Assembly: GCA_045654745.1 (NCBI GenBank)
Contig: JAZONW010000015.1
Location: forward strand, 2,250-66,249
Direction of reading: 5' to 3'
DNA length: 64,000 nt
Origin: Victivallaceae bacterium
GTDB taxonomy: Bacteria > Verrucomicrobiota > Lentisphaeria > Victivallales > Victivallaceae
In this document: piece by piece, positions 20,631 through 29,723 of the stretch
Position numbering within the stretch: position 1 is the first letter of the stretch
Layout: every line of letters begins with the position of its first letter
The notes under the pieces: model-generated
What the model was told of the DNA's origin: nothing
The model's input: only the letters and a program-made list of their open reading frames with translations
Databases searched by the model: none
Made by a program: the position numbers and the translations under genes

Positions 20631-21907
20631 CTTTTCCCTAAAAAGAGATCATCAACAATGATTTCACCGTATTTCAGTTTGATGACGACCCAGAAATGGT
20701 GACAATCACCGGAAACAGTTTCTGAAATCGGGAAATGATACAGCAAAATCCTGTCGTCACCGGCAAAAGTACGGCTTGCTATCCGGTACAGCCCGGTCAT
20801 GTAAGGATTGAATTTGGCAAGATAGAATTCTATTTTGCTATTTTGCAAACATTTGATCGCGATACGGAATTCGTAAGCGCCCTTGAGTGTGTCGTGCGGA
20901 AGTGCTACGAAAACCGAATCATCGGATTTTATTCTTAAAGAATATTTTCCAGAAATCGGATCGACACTTTCTGCTTCGATTTCAGCGTTGGAAAAATTTT
21001 CATATCCTGGCAGATCTTCAATGGAAATATGCTGTGGTATCAGTAAATCCCGGCGGAGCAAAAACTTCTGGCCACTTTGAGCGAATCGTGCTGTCGTCTT
21101 TTCTGTGAGCCGCAGCGGAATCACATTTTCAAATCCCGGGTTGCGGTATATGTTTTTTTTTACGGCAGATGTATCGCTGGCTGCGGTGGTAAATGAGTCA
21201 TAGCGGTAGAGAACAAACGCTTTTTTCTTTTTGCGGTTGACAAATGATTTTCCCAAAAATTCAGTTTTTCCGGGCAGATTTCGTAAAATGCTTTCAAGTT
21301 TTTTTACTTCCTGCGGTTTTAAGTCTGCCACGATATAGACAACGAGATTGGAGTCAGCCAGGTGTTTCAAATCGTTTAGAGGTCCAAATTTATCAGATGT
21401 TTTGCCGGCTGATTGAAAGAGTTTTTCATCAGGAGCAAGTCCGGAATAGTAATGAAATCTGTTAGTCGCTGCACTTATACTGAAAAAAGTGGTGTTGCTG
21501 AAATTTGCCGCATCATTACGGGCAATCATACCGATTCCCCGCAGAGAATTGTAATACGGATCAAAATGCCAGCTTTTTGCCAGCAGACCGGCGGGCAAAG
21601 CAATAATCAGAACCAATTTGATGAATTTTATATACTTTTGCGGCAGAAACGGTAAGAGTATTTCCAAATGCACAACAGCATAACAGCCCAGCACTATCGC
21701 CGGCAGTATCAATGTTACGGCATAACGTTCAGATGCAAGAGTGGTGTACAGCCGCCATGCAAGCATAAAGCAACAGGAAACAATGACTCCTGATATGAGT
21801 TGATTCAATTTTTTGAACTGTCTGACAAGCACCAGACAGCCTGCGATTGAAAAAACGCACAGATATGGCATGATTGCCGAAAAAATTTCATCAAGAGATT
21901 CAAGCAT
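20627..21907 (-). CDS. Membrane protein with C-terminal CBM4_9-like beta-sandwich (possible C-terminal half of a GT-C glycosyltransferase)
   Basis: Several N-terminal TM helices. The C-terminal part begins NPGFENV..., which is typical of CBM_4_9-type domains. The ATG at 21907 lies 2 nt after the upstream stop. The track start 21994 overlaps the upstream gene. Confidence 0.45.
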   Translation of the reverse strand: MLESLDEIFSAIMPYLCVFSIAGCLVLVRQFKKLNQLISGVIVSCCFMLAWRLYTTLASERYAVTLILPAIVLGCYAVVHLEILLPFLPQKYIKFIKLVLIIALPAGLLAKSWHFDPYYNSLRGIGMIARNDAANFSNTTFFSISAATNRFHYYSGLAPDEKLFQSAGKTSDKFGPLNDLKHLADSNLVVYIVADLKPQEVKKLESILRNLPGKTEFLGKSFVNRKKKKAFVLYRYDSFTTAASDTSAVKKNIYRNPGFENVIPLRLTEKTTARFAQSGQKFLLRRDLLIPQHISIEDLPGYENFSNAEIEAESVDPISGKYSLRIKSDDSVFVALPHDTLKGAYEFRIAIKCLQNSKIEFYLAKFNPYMTGLYRIASRTFAGDDRILLYHFPISETVSGDCHHFWVVIKLKYGEIIVDDLFLGKR

Positions 21908-21909
21908 AA

Positions 21910-22674
21910 TCAGAAAAACCCAACGATCCTTGCCCAATAGCGTTCCCAGAAAAACAAGTGGTATTCTTTGCTGAGTCCCATAAGGAAACTGCAAAGTATC
22001 AGACCGGCTGATAACGCAAGCATAGTTACTGCTGTAACAATGAAAGCCTGCCGCCAGGTGATCTGTTTTTCACGCACACAGAAAAATAAAAAGATAAGCA
22101 GACACGGCACTGTTTCTATAGATTCATAACGGGTCAGTATTGCCAGTGCCAAAAGGATCCCGGCACCGGCAGCGGCAAAAATACTATATTTCATACCGCT
22201 GAGCAGCATCAGCAAAATCACTGTTGCGGTCAGAAAAAAACCGACGCAATCTCTGGTTATCAGACTGCATATATTTGCTGCTGTCGGATGACAGGCTGCA
22301 ACTATGGCACAAAAAAAAGCAAAGTATCTGGTTTTATCAAAAACTCTGATGCAGTAATAAAACATCAGCGGCGTCAGCGTACCTGCGACGAAATTGATGA
22401 TTCTCGCCGCTGTAAAGATTTCGATGTCAAACAGTTGCGAAATATTTTTCACCAGCCACAACCAGAATGGCGGCATTGCGGTAACATTCCAGCGTGTGGC
22501 ATCTATTTGCATTATATCATTGTGCTTGATCCAATTGCTGATCAAACTGTGATAATACACTGCGTCATTGCAGATACCATCCTCAAAATGCATTGTGACA
22601 GCATTGTTAATGGCTGCCAACGCAAGGATCATCCATGGAAAATACCAATATATGCAGCAATATTTTTTTGTCAT
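21910..22674 (-). CDS. Polytopic membrane protein, ArnT/PMT (GT-C)-like N-terminal module
   Basis: 254 aa with about 7 TM helices. There is an acidic motif in the first loop (HFEDGICND). Overlaps the epimerase gene by 4 nt. Confidence 0.4.
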   Translation of the reverse strand: MTKKYCCIYWYFPWMILALAAINNAVTMHFEDGICNDAVYYHSLISNWIKHNDIMQIDATRWNVTAMPPFWLWLVKNISQLFDIEIFTAARIINFVAGTLTPLMFYYCIRVFDKTRYFAFFCAIVAACHPTAANICSLITRDCVGFFLTATVILLMLLSGMKYSIFAAAGAGILLALAILTRYESIETVPCLLIFLFFCVREKQITWRQAFIVTAVTMLALSAGLILCSFLMGLSKEYHLFFWERYWARIVGFF

Positions 22675-23651
22675 TTATCCGAAATGTTTTTGTTTTCTTC
22701 CGAACCGAATTCAAAAAGAATTGTTTTTTTCAGGCCTTCCTGCAATGTGTAAGGCGGGACAAATCCGCTTTCATACATTTTAGAAGAATCAAAAACAGTT
22801 TGGGCGCAGAATTTTTTTATTCTGATAGAACTTATCGGGAATCTTCTGCCGGTGAGTTTTGCCAGGATATCGAAACAGTAACCACCCAAAAGACCAAGAT
22901 GATACGGGATTGAGACCTTAAAAGTTTTATGACCTATCGCATTGTTGAATTCTGTGATAAGATCATGCATATTGAAATCCGGCTTGTCTATATAATTGTA
23001 CACAGAATAAGATTGATTGTTTGTTTCAATATTCCATTTCAAAAAGGCGGCAATATTTCCGACATACGCCATTGATTTACAATTTTTGCCATTGCCGATC
23101 ATAATGAATTTAAAGCTGGCAAGCTGCTTGAAAAGATTATACACATTTCCGCGGTTGTTCTCTCCGAAAATCACCGTCGGACGCACAACATTGAGGATGT
23201 TTCCGGCATCGCTCTGCTGCCATTTTTCGTACACGGCTTCTGCAAGCAATTTTGTTCTGCCGTATTCGTTGAAAGGATGTTTCGGAGCGTTTTCGTCGTA
23301 GGCATATTCAGGGAAACCATACACAGCGACAGAAGATGTAAAAACGATTTTGCGGATACCAAGTCCGGTGGCGACATCACAGACATTTTGTGCGCCGTCA
23401 ACATTTACTTCTGTGTAAAGCGACAAGGGCCGGACATCATCCCTGTGTGCTGCTGCCAGATTGACAACGCAATCGCAACCACACATCACTTCGCGCAAAC
23501 TTGCCGGATTGCTCACATCGCAATATTTCCACAACTCCGGATATTTTTTGCTCTGCTCGATATCGCCGATTACAATGTTGTGTTCATTTTTCAGCAAACT
23601 GATCAGACGGCTTCCGACAAAACCGCTTCCGCCAAGAATTAAAATATTCAT
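22671..23651 (-). CDS. NAD-dependent nucleotide-sugar epimerase/dehydratase (SDR)
   Basis: MNILILGGSGFVGSRL Rossmann motif, a YGRTK catalytic YxxxK, 326 aa. Confidence 0.85.
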   Translation of the reverse strand: MNILILGGSGFVGSRLISLLKNEHNIVIGDIEQSKKYPELWKYCDVSNPASLREVMCGCDCVVNLAAAHRDDVRPLSLYTEVNVDGAQNVCDVATGLGIRKIVFTSSVAVYGFPEYAYDENAPKHPFNEYGRTKLLAEAVYEKWQQSDAGNILNVVRPTVIFGENNRGNVYNLFKQLASFKFIMIGNGKNCKSMAYVGNIAAFLKWNIETNNQSYSVYNYIDKPDFNMHDLITEFNNAIGHKTFKVSIPYHLGLLGGYCFDILAKLTGRRFPISSIRIKKFCAQTVFDSSKMYESGFVPPYTLQEGLKKTILFEFGSEENKNISDK

Positions 23652-24466
23652 TTTTTCTTTTCTCTCAGGTTTGAATATATTATTTTAAGTAAAAACACCG
23701 GCATCAGCCGTACGGAGGCTTTGAGTACAATATTCCGTATGGCTTCGATTTTGGATAAAAATCCGATTGAATACTGTTTTTTTGCCAGATCCACCTCGGA
23801 TGCAGCCAACGCCCAACCGCGTCGCCGTTTAAGCATATTTTCCCCGGCTCTGGCCAGGAGCAGAATATCCGGCAGATTTTTACCCTTGCCGCCGGATGCC
23901 AGCACCCGGCACCACAGCCAGTAATCTTCATAACCGGGGAGGTGTTGATAATTGCCGGCATCCAATATTGCTTTGCGGCTGAAAAAAACACTCATGTGAT
24001 TAAACGGATTGCGTTTTTTGGCAAAAGTTCTTATTTCTGCATCATCTTGCGGCAGGATCCTTTTGGAGATTATGTTGTCAGGAGAACCTTGAAATTCCTG
24101 AATCATTCCGCCGCAAATTGCTGTATCCGGAGTTTTGCTGAAAAAATCACACTGTTTTTCAAAACGATCCGGCAGGGAAATGTCGTCGCCATCCATCCGG
24201 GCAATGTATTCACAGGTGCAGTTTTCCACTCCGGCGGCGAGGGCTTTCCCCAGTCCGACATTTTGCGGCAGAGGTACTGTTTTGACCGGCGCCCGGGCAG
24301 AAAATTCATCTATCACCGCATCGAGAGCCGGAGTCAGCGGCCCATCTTTTACAATGACTATCTCTGCCGGTTTGACAGTCTGGTCATCCCAGATGCTTTT
24401 CAACGCCAGCTGTAATTCTTCCGGCTTGTCTTTTATATAACTTGACATCAAAACAGAAAAATTCAT
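23648..24466 (-). CDS. Glycosyltransferase family 2
   Basis: FSVLMSSY...VIVKDG...ARMDGDDISLPDRF, the GT-A fold with DXD. Confidence 0.8.
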   Translation of the reverse strand: MNFSVLMSSYIKDKPEELQLALKSIWDDQTVKPAEIVIVKDGPLTPALDAVIDEFSARAPVKTVPLPQNVGLGKALAAGVENCTCEYIARMDGDDISLPDRFEKQCDFFSKTPDTAICGGMIQEFQGSPDNIISKRILPQDDAEIRTFAKKRNPFNHMSVFFSRKAILDAGNYQHLPGYEDYWLWCRVLASGGKGKNLPDILLLARAGENMLKRRRGWALAASEVDLAKKQYSIGFLSKIEAIRNIVLKASVRLMPVFLLKIIYSNLREKKK

Positions 24467-24469
24467 AGC

Positions 24470-25546
24470 TTATTTCTCCAGACAGGATCTTATATATTCG
24501 TAAGAACGGATTTTTTCATTTGCCAGAATCGCATTGGTTTCACTGTAATCAAAATCCGAAGCCATCAGAGAATCGAGATTTTCCGGCTTCTTTAACTGCC
24601 GTCCGGCACATCCGAGGCTGTTGAGCAGTCCGGAAAGTTTTTCCTGATTGGATTCGCGTATCAGGGCTGCAAACGGCTTGTTGTACTTTATCGACATCAC
24701 GCTGCCGTGAAAAGTATCGGTAACGATCGCTCTTGCGTTTTTCATAATGGAAAGTACTTCAAAAGGGTGGACCACAGCTGTTTCGTCACACCAGGGGAAA
24801 TAAAAGCCCACTCCCAGCAGTTTGCAGTTGTATTCTTTTGCCAGAGCTTTTATTGCAGATATCTCCTCTTTGCGGCGAATGCGGTTCGGATATGTGTATA
24901 TAGCGATATAATCGCCGTAATCGCATTTTTGCTCATATTCCGAAAAATCAAATGCCAGTACCGGGTCAACATGGATTTCTGCATCTCTGCCGGTCAATGA
25001 CTTTATCATATTTTGCGAGTGAACATCTCTGACACTGATATTTTTAATATTTTTCAAATCAGAAGAAATTTCATCCTGCAGATTGTAGCGTTTTATGTCA
25101 TCCATTGTGGTGTGCGAAAAACTTGCAGCATAGGAATATACTTCATCTGCATCCGGCAAATTTCCGTACAAGGCACGGGAATACCCCCAAGGGACCCCTT
25201 TTTGTGCGAAATGAAAGACTTCATCGCTGCCGATAAACACTTTGTTAAAGTGATCAAAGGTATGGATATGTATTCCCAATTGCGGCAGAAATTCATTTTC
25301 CCAGCGGGATTGCAATGCCCTTGTTTTTTTCAGACGGGTCAGTATATCCCAATGCATAAAGCGGTCGATCGCTTTTGCGGCGAGAAAAGAGAGGTTTCTT
25401 TCCAGACCGGGTAGAGATTTTCCGCGCGGGATGTCGATATATTCGCATTGATGTCCGAAACTTTCGATTATCTTTTTCAGTGCAAATGCCTGCAGAAAAG
25501 ATCCGAAGTTATGGATATGCTGCATAGACAGAATACCAATTTTCAT
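24470..25546 (-). CDS. Polysaccharide pyruvyl transferase family protein
   Basis: MKIGILSMQHIHNFGSFLQAFAL N-terminus typical of PF04230. The ATG at 25546 forms an ATGA overlap with the upstream stop. Confidence 0.75.
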   Translation of the reverse strand: MKIGILSMQHIHNFGSFLQAFALKKIIESFGHQCEYIDIPRGKSLPGLERNLSFLAAKAIDRFMHWDILTRLKKTRALQSRWENEFLPQLGIHIHTFDHFNKVFIGSDEVFHFAQKGVPWGYSRALYGNLPDADEVYSYAASFSHTTMDDIKRYNLQDEISSDLKNIKNISVRDVHSQNMIKSLTGRDAEIHVDPVLAFDFSEYEQKCDYGDYIAIYTYPNRIRRKEEISAIKALAKEYNCKLLGVGFYFPWCDETAVVHPFEVLSIMKNARAIVTDTFHGSVMSIKYNKPFAALIRESNQEKLSGLLNSLGCAGRQLKKPENLDSLMASDFDYSETNAILANEKIRSYEYIRSCLEK

Positions 25547-26700
25547 TGTTTTCCCTTGAGTTTTCTTAATATTTTTTTCAAAAATTGTTTGAGCGACAGC
25601 GGAATAAGGTTTTTTATCAGCATTTTCCGGTTGTACAGGCAATAGAGAAAGAATAAAGATTTTCCGCTTTTCAATCCTTCGATGAATCCTTTACGGGTTG
25701 CCGGGGGATTATGCTGCCCGGAAATTTGTTCGAATAAAATATCCGGCAAAGATTCTCCGGTAAGTTTTCCGTATTTATCCAGAGATTCTAAAATTGTTTT
25801 ACCTGTATCGGTCAACGCCAGTGCGGCGGATACGCCGGTGTTGTTGCGCTGATACTTCTCGCCCCAGAAATCTCCGATGCGGATGTCGGCACTGGAATCT
25901 GTGCGACGGAATTTACAGGAGTAGCACGGCTGATTCAATGCGATGTTGCCGAGAAAGGAGTTGAGGAAAAAATCATGTTTCTGTAAAGTGTTGACATACG
26001 ATTTTTTTTCAGTTTCCAATCGCATAGTGAATGAGTGCCAGCCGCAGGATTTGTCTCTCCATTTGGCGGTTGTAAGAGTGGTATCTTTGGCGTAATGTTG
26101 CAAGTAACGCTGCCAGACGTGATAAGAAGGGACGCCGTGACAGAAAAAATCAACCAGTACGAAATTCTGCTCTTTGTGTCGCAGTTGTATCATTCTGCGC
26201 AGAGAATCTATCTGGCATGGCGTGCCGAAAACAATATACTTTTTGCCGTCGAAAAGGTCTGAAAACGCGTCGCTGGTGAAACTTTGCAGATACTTGGAAT
26301 TCATGGAATCAACAAAGGCTTCTATCGTATCTGCTTTAAAGTGGCAGGCAATATTTTTTTGGAGGTCATATTTTACGCCGACAGCACTCCAGCCGCGATC
26401 AAATATTGCCTGCGCCAAAGCCCATCCCAGCCCGCCGCTTGATGCTTTTTGTAAAATTATTTTATCATTGTGTATAAATGAAAACGGCACCGGAGACGGC
26501 AGTTTTGATACCGGAGCCGGGTCTGCTGAATTCTGCGAACAGACTTTTTGGCAGATATGGCAATCGGTACAGTTGCTTTCATTTATTTCCGGAATGAAAA
26601 AGCCATCTCCGGATTTGACCATTTTGATTGCCCCGGCAGGGCAGGCAGCTGCACATACTCCGCAACCGCAACATTTTTTTTCGTCGATTATCTGTTTCAT
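25543..26700 (-). CDS. 4Fe-4S ferredoxin-domain / coenzyme F420 hydrogenase beta-subunit-like protein
   Basis: Two CxxCxxCxxxC clusters (CCGCGVCAAACP, CTDCHICQKVCS). This family commonly partners pyruvyl transferases in capsule/EPS loci. Confidence 0.7.
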   Translation of the reverse strand: MKQIIDEKKCCGCGVCAAACPAGAIKMVKSGDGFFIPEINESNCTDCHICQKVCSQNSADPAPVSKLPSPVPFSFIHNDKIILQKASSGGLGWALAQAIFDRGWSAVGVKYDLQKNIACHFKADTIEAFVDSMNSKYLQSFTSDAFSDLFDGKKYIVFGTPCQIDSLRRMIQLRHKEQNFVLVDFFCHGVPSYHVWQRYLQHYAKDTTLTTAKWRDKSCGWHSFTMRLETEKKSYVNTLQKHDFFLNSFLGNIALNQPCYSCKFRRTDSSADIRIGDFWGEKYQRNNTGVSAALALTDTGKTILESLDKYGKLTGESLPDILFEQISGQHNPPATRKGFIEGLKSGKSLFFLYCLYNRKMLIKNLIPLSLKQFLKKILRKLKGKQ

Positions 26701-26711
26701 CGATCACCCTT

Positions 26712-27587
26712 TTAAAACAGCAGCCACTCCGGCATTTGTATTTTGCAGTTGATTTTTGTATTTGTCCATTTTTCCGGAGCGCAGACGATTTTGTTTTCAT
26801 GCGGATTGAGAAATGCCGCCCACCAGGAAAAAGAGCTGTTGGCAATAATATTATCCTGACACATTGCCATTAATTGCATATCTTTGAAACTGTCATCTCC
26901 CCGGTTGAAATCGACGCAGGTGACTTGATTGCCGCCGAGCAGGGGGACGATGTTTTCCCGGCAATAATCCATATCATCTGAAAAAATGAAAAAGTGCGGG
27001 GAGCGACGATTTTGCAAAATATATCCGATCGCTTTACGGTAGTATTCGATACCGCATAATCCGGCATAATTCGGGGCCTTGAGATAGTCGCCTCTGCGGA
27101 TATGGATACTCACACTTGCGTCGCTCCGGCGGATTTCCTCCGTCGTTTCGAGATTATTGCTGTCGGTGAAATCGGGGAAACGGTAAGTGGCCTTTATCTC
27201 ATTAAAAACATCTTTGAAATAAAGGTGGTTTTGCCAGTAGCCGTCGAATATACGGTCTCCATCTGCAGTAAGCACTGTTGAGTTAAAAGTATAATCTGCG
27301 GCTTCAAAACATTCGGATTTTTTACGCAGTTTCAACTTTTTTATAATACGCTTAAGCGTATAATTAGAGGTGTACCAGCACAGTTTTTTAAGTTGCTCAA
27401 CAGAAGCTTGCGGCAGGGACAATCCGAAAATTTTTTTCAGTTCCAGTCCGTTATGGACTTTGTAGGATGAAAACACCGAAGTATCCACCAGGATTTTTTC
27501 CTGCGGAAAAGCTTTTTTCAGGGCCAGAAAAAGTGCATATTGAAACATCTGATTTCCCAGCCCGCCAAGTATTCTGACAACTTTCAT
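26712..27587 (-). CDS. Alpha-1,2-fucosyltransferase (GT11)
   Basis: ILGGLGNQMFQYA N-terminal motif and the HIRRGDY motif are both GT11 hallmarks. 291 aa. Confidence 0.88.
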   Translation of the reverse strand: MKVVRILGGLGNQMFQYALFLALKKAFPQEKILVDTSVFSSYKVHNGLELKKIFGLSLPQASVEQLKKLCWYTSNYTLKRIIKKLKLRKKSECFEAADYTFNSTVLTADGDRIFDGYWQNHLYFKDVFNEIKATYRFPDFTDSNNLETTEEIRRSDASVSIHIRRGDYLKAPNYAGLCGIEYYRKAIGYILQNRRSPHFFIFSDDMDYCRENIVPLLGGNQVTCVDFNRGDDSFKDMQLMAMCQDNIIANSSFSWWAAFLNPHENKIVCAPEKWTNTKINCKIQMPEWLLF

Positions 27588-27607
27588 TATGTTATCCCTT
27601 TGATCAT

Positions 27608-28393
27608 TTAAAATTTCAGATACCAGCGTATGGCGGAAAAGAGCTTTTCAAAACCATGCAGCAGTTTTGCTGCCAGACCCGGCGGTTGCTTACGGAAATA
27701 CTCATCAACTTTCACCTTATCTCTGATAATGATTTTGGCAGCGGAAGTATCTCCCCAGCCTTCCGGGTGTCCATACCGGCAGTCCAAGCCCAATGGCGGA
27801 TTCTGGTGCATATAACAGTTGAGGTGAGATTCATCGTGAAACTTTGCAATGATGCCGCGGTCATAGTCATCGCGGATATTTTGCGCCAGAATTTTTGACA
27901 TTTTAATGAAATCCTGACTTCTGCCGCCGTTCAAACCGCCCATATAATAATGGTATGGAGGCTCACCGGGCGGGATGTAAGCCAGCGATTTTTTGTTTCT
28001 TTCGTACGCAAAAAATGCCGGATGACGTTTTTTTATTGCTTCTGCCGGATGGATGATTGCCATCATAAAACCATGTTCTTCCTGCGGGATGAATTCGGGT
28101 CCGACCTCCTGCCTGAACTGCATATTGGCGTTAAAGAAAAAGAGATAATCCATTTCCTGCAATTGTTTTTCAATGGATAAAAATGTCTCAAAACGGAAAA
28201 GAGAATCAGCCGGAAAACCTTGACATCTTTTGGGGATGACGGTAATATTTTCTCCGTGAATGTTGTCAGCATCGGTAAAGACAAAATAATGTTTATCCGC
28301 ATCTTTTATGAAAAATTTTTCGCATGATTCATAAAAACCCTGCCAAAAACAGGAATATTTCCCTGTGGCGATATAAAGAATACCGATTTTCAT
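27608..28393 (-). CDS. Glycosyltransferase family 6 (alpha-1,3-Gal/GalNAc transferase, blood-group A/B-transferase-like)
   Basis: FFFNANMQF (bacterial NXN in place of DXD), AYERNKKSLAYIPPGEPPYHYYMGGLNGG and FHDESHLNCY align by eye to mammalian GTA/GTB [28 protein letters not shown] and WHDESHLNKY. The ATG at 28393 forms an ATGA overlap with the wzy stop. Confidence 0.88.
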   Translation of the reverse strand: MKIGILYIATGKYSCFWQGFYESCEKFFIKDADKHYFVFTDADNIHGENITVIPKRCQGFPADSLFRFETFLSIEKQLQEMDYLFFFNANMQFRQEVGPEFIPQEEHGFMMAIIHPAEAIKKRHPAFFAYERNKKSLAYIPPGEPPYHYYMGGLNGGRSQDFIKMSKILAQNIRDDYDRGIIAKFHDESHLNCYMHQNPPLGLDCRYGHPEGWGDTSAAKIIIRDKVKVDEYFRKQPPGLAAKLLHGFEKLFSAIRWYLKF

Positions 28394-29661
28394 GAAACCC
28401 TCCATGTCGTTGTTTTGAATATCCAATCTGCAAATCCAAAGGTTTCTATATCCAGTAGAAACCATGTGGGGATGTATATGGTTTTGAAGCATATATTCCG
28501 GCACAAATCAGGATCTTGAAATGATGGCGAGAGCAGAATCGGTTGTGCCGCAAAAATCAGATAGCCGATAAAAGATACTGTAATTGCGATACGCAATATT
28601 TTCCATTGGTTTGAATCAAAATGAGTTTTCAATATCGGATACGTCACTAACAGACCGGATGTGATGGCTATGATTTGGAATCTTATCCGGATGGTATATT
28701 GCGCAGCTATGAATGCCGCAAAATATATAGCCGCGGATATTAAAAAAAGAGAAAACATATACGTATTCACCCGGTCTTTATACTTTATGGCATTGTACAT
28801 CAGAAAAAGACACCACCCCAGCGAGAGAGTGACATAAATATAATCACTGCCGTAGATAAAACGGCCTCTGCCTGATGTGTAGGTTGCGATACGGGAGTTG
28901 TCAAACACATTTTCTGATATTCCCAGATAGTGTATTCTGGTCATGATCACGACATAAAACAATAATATCAGCGAGAAAAATATCCAACTTCTGCCCAGCG
29001 GTTTCCCCCAGGAAAAAAGATAGAGCAAAAGGCATGGGGACAAAAGTATTATACTGTCGTGGATGTTGTATGCTGTCAAAAATAAAATTATTGCCAGCGG
29101 CAGAGTGAATTTTTTGGTGAGCCCCGGCAGCAGGACGAGGGCAAGAGCAAGGGCATTTCTGGTGTAGCCTAACAACGGCAGAAATCCGATCATAGCAAAA
29201 AAGCAGAAAATTATTTCGTTCAGCGAATCTCCTGCCGTTTTTTTAGCACATAAATACCAGATGGATAAAATACAGAAATATACTACACACCAGAAATACA
29301 TAAAAGGAATATCTTCTCCGAAAAATCCGGCAAATTGTTTTTCCAATAAATAAAACCAATCTTTGCTGAACCATCCGGGTTCCCCTATATCATGGCTGAT
29401 GACAAACAAATAGCGTAATTGGTGAGCGATAGTATCCCACACAGGGGTGGTATATGTAAAAATAAGAGTCAGTAAACTGACGCTCATAAAAATCATCGGC
29501 AATCCTTTTTTGTACTTGCCAGCAATAAAAATCAGCAGCAGAAATCCCCAAAGCGGAGGCAATATAAACAAAAGCGGCAGGTAAAATAATAAATTCCACC
29601 CGCTGCCAGTTGTTTTTTGAGACAAATCTGTATTGTTATCGTTTTCTGCGACTGTATTCAT
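28390..29661 (-). CDS. Wzy-type polymerase (EpsG-like polytopic membrane protein)
   Basis: 423 aa with more than 10 TM helices, aromatic-rich. Positioned between glycosyltransferases in a Wzx-containing locus. Confidence 0.6.
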   Translation of the reverse strand: MNTVAENDNNTDLSQKTTGSGWNLLFYLPLLFILPPLWGFLLLIFIAGKYKKGLPMIFMSVSLLTLIFTYTTPVWDTIAHQLRYLFVISHDIGEPGWFSKDWFYLLEKQFAGFFGEDIPFMYFWCVVYFCILSIWYLCAKKTAGDSLNEIIFCFFAMIGFLPLLGYTRNALALALVLLPGLTKKFTLPLAIILFLTAYNIHDSIILLSPCLLLYLFSWGKPLGRSWIFFSLILLFYVVIMTRIHYLGISENVFDNSRIATYTSGRGRFIYGSDYIYVTLSLGWCLFLMYNAIKYKDRVNTYMFSLFLISAAIYFAAFIAAQYTIRIRFQIIAITSGLLVTYPILKTHFDSNQWKILRIAITVSFIGYLIFAAQPILLSPSFQDPDLCRNICFKTIYIPTWFLLDIETFGFADWIFKTTTWRVS

Positions 29662-29723
29662 TTCAGATTTCCGGTTTTCCTAAAATATATATCTAAAAAA
29701 AAAATTGTCAAGTTTTTTTACTT

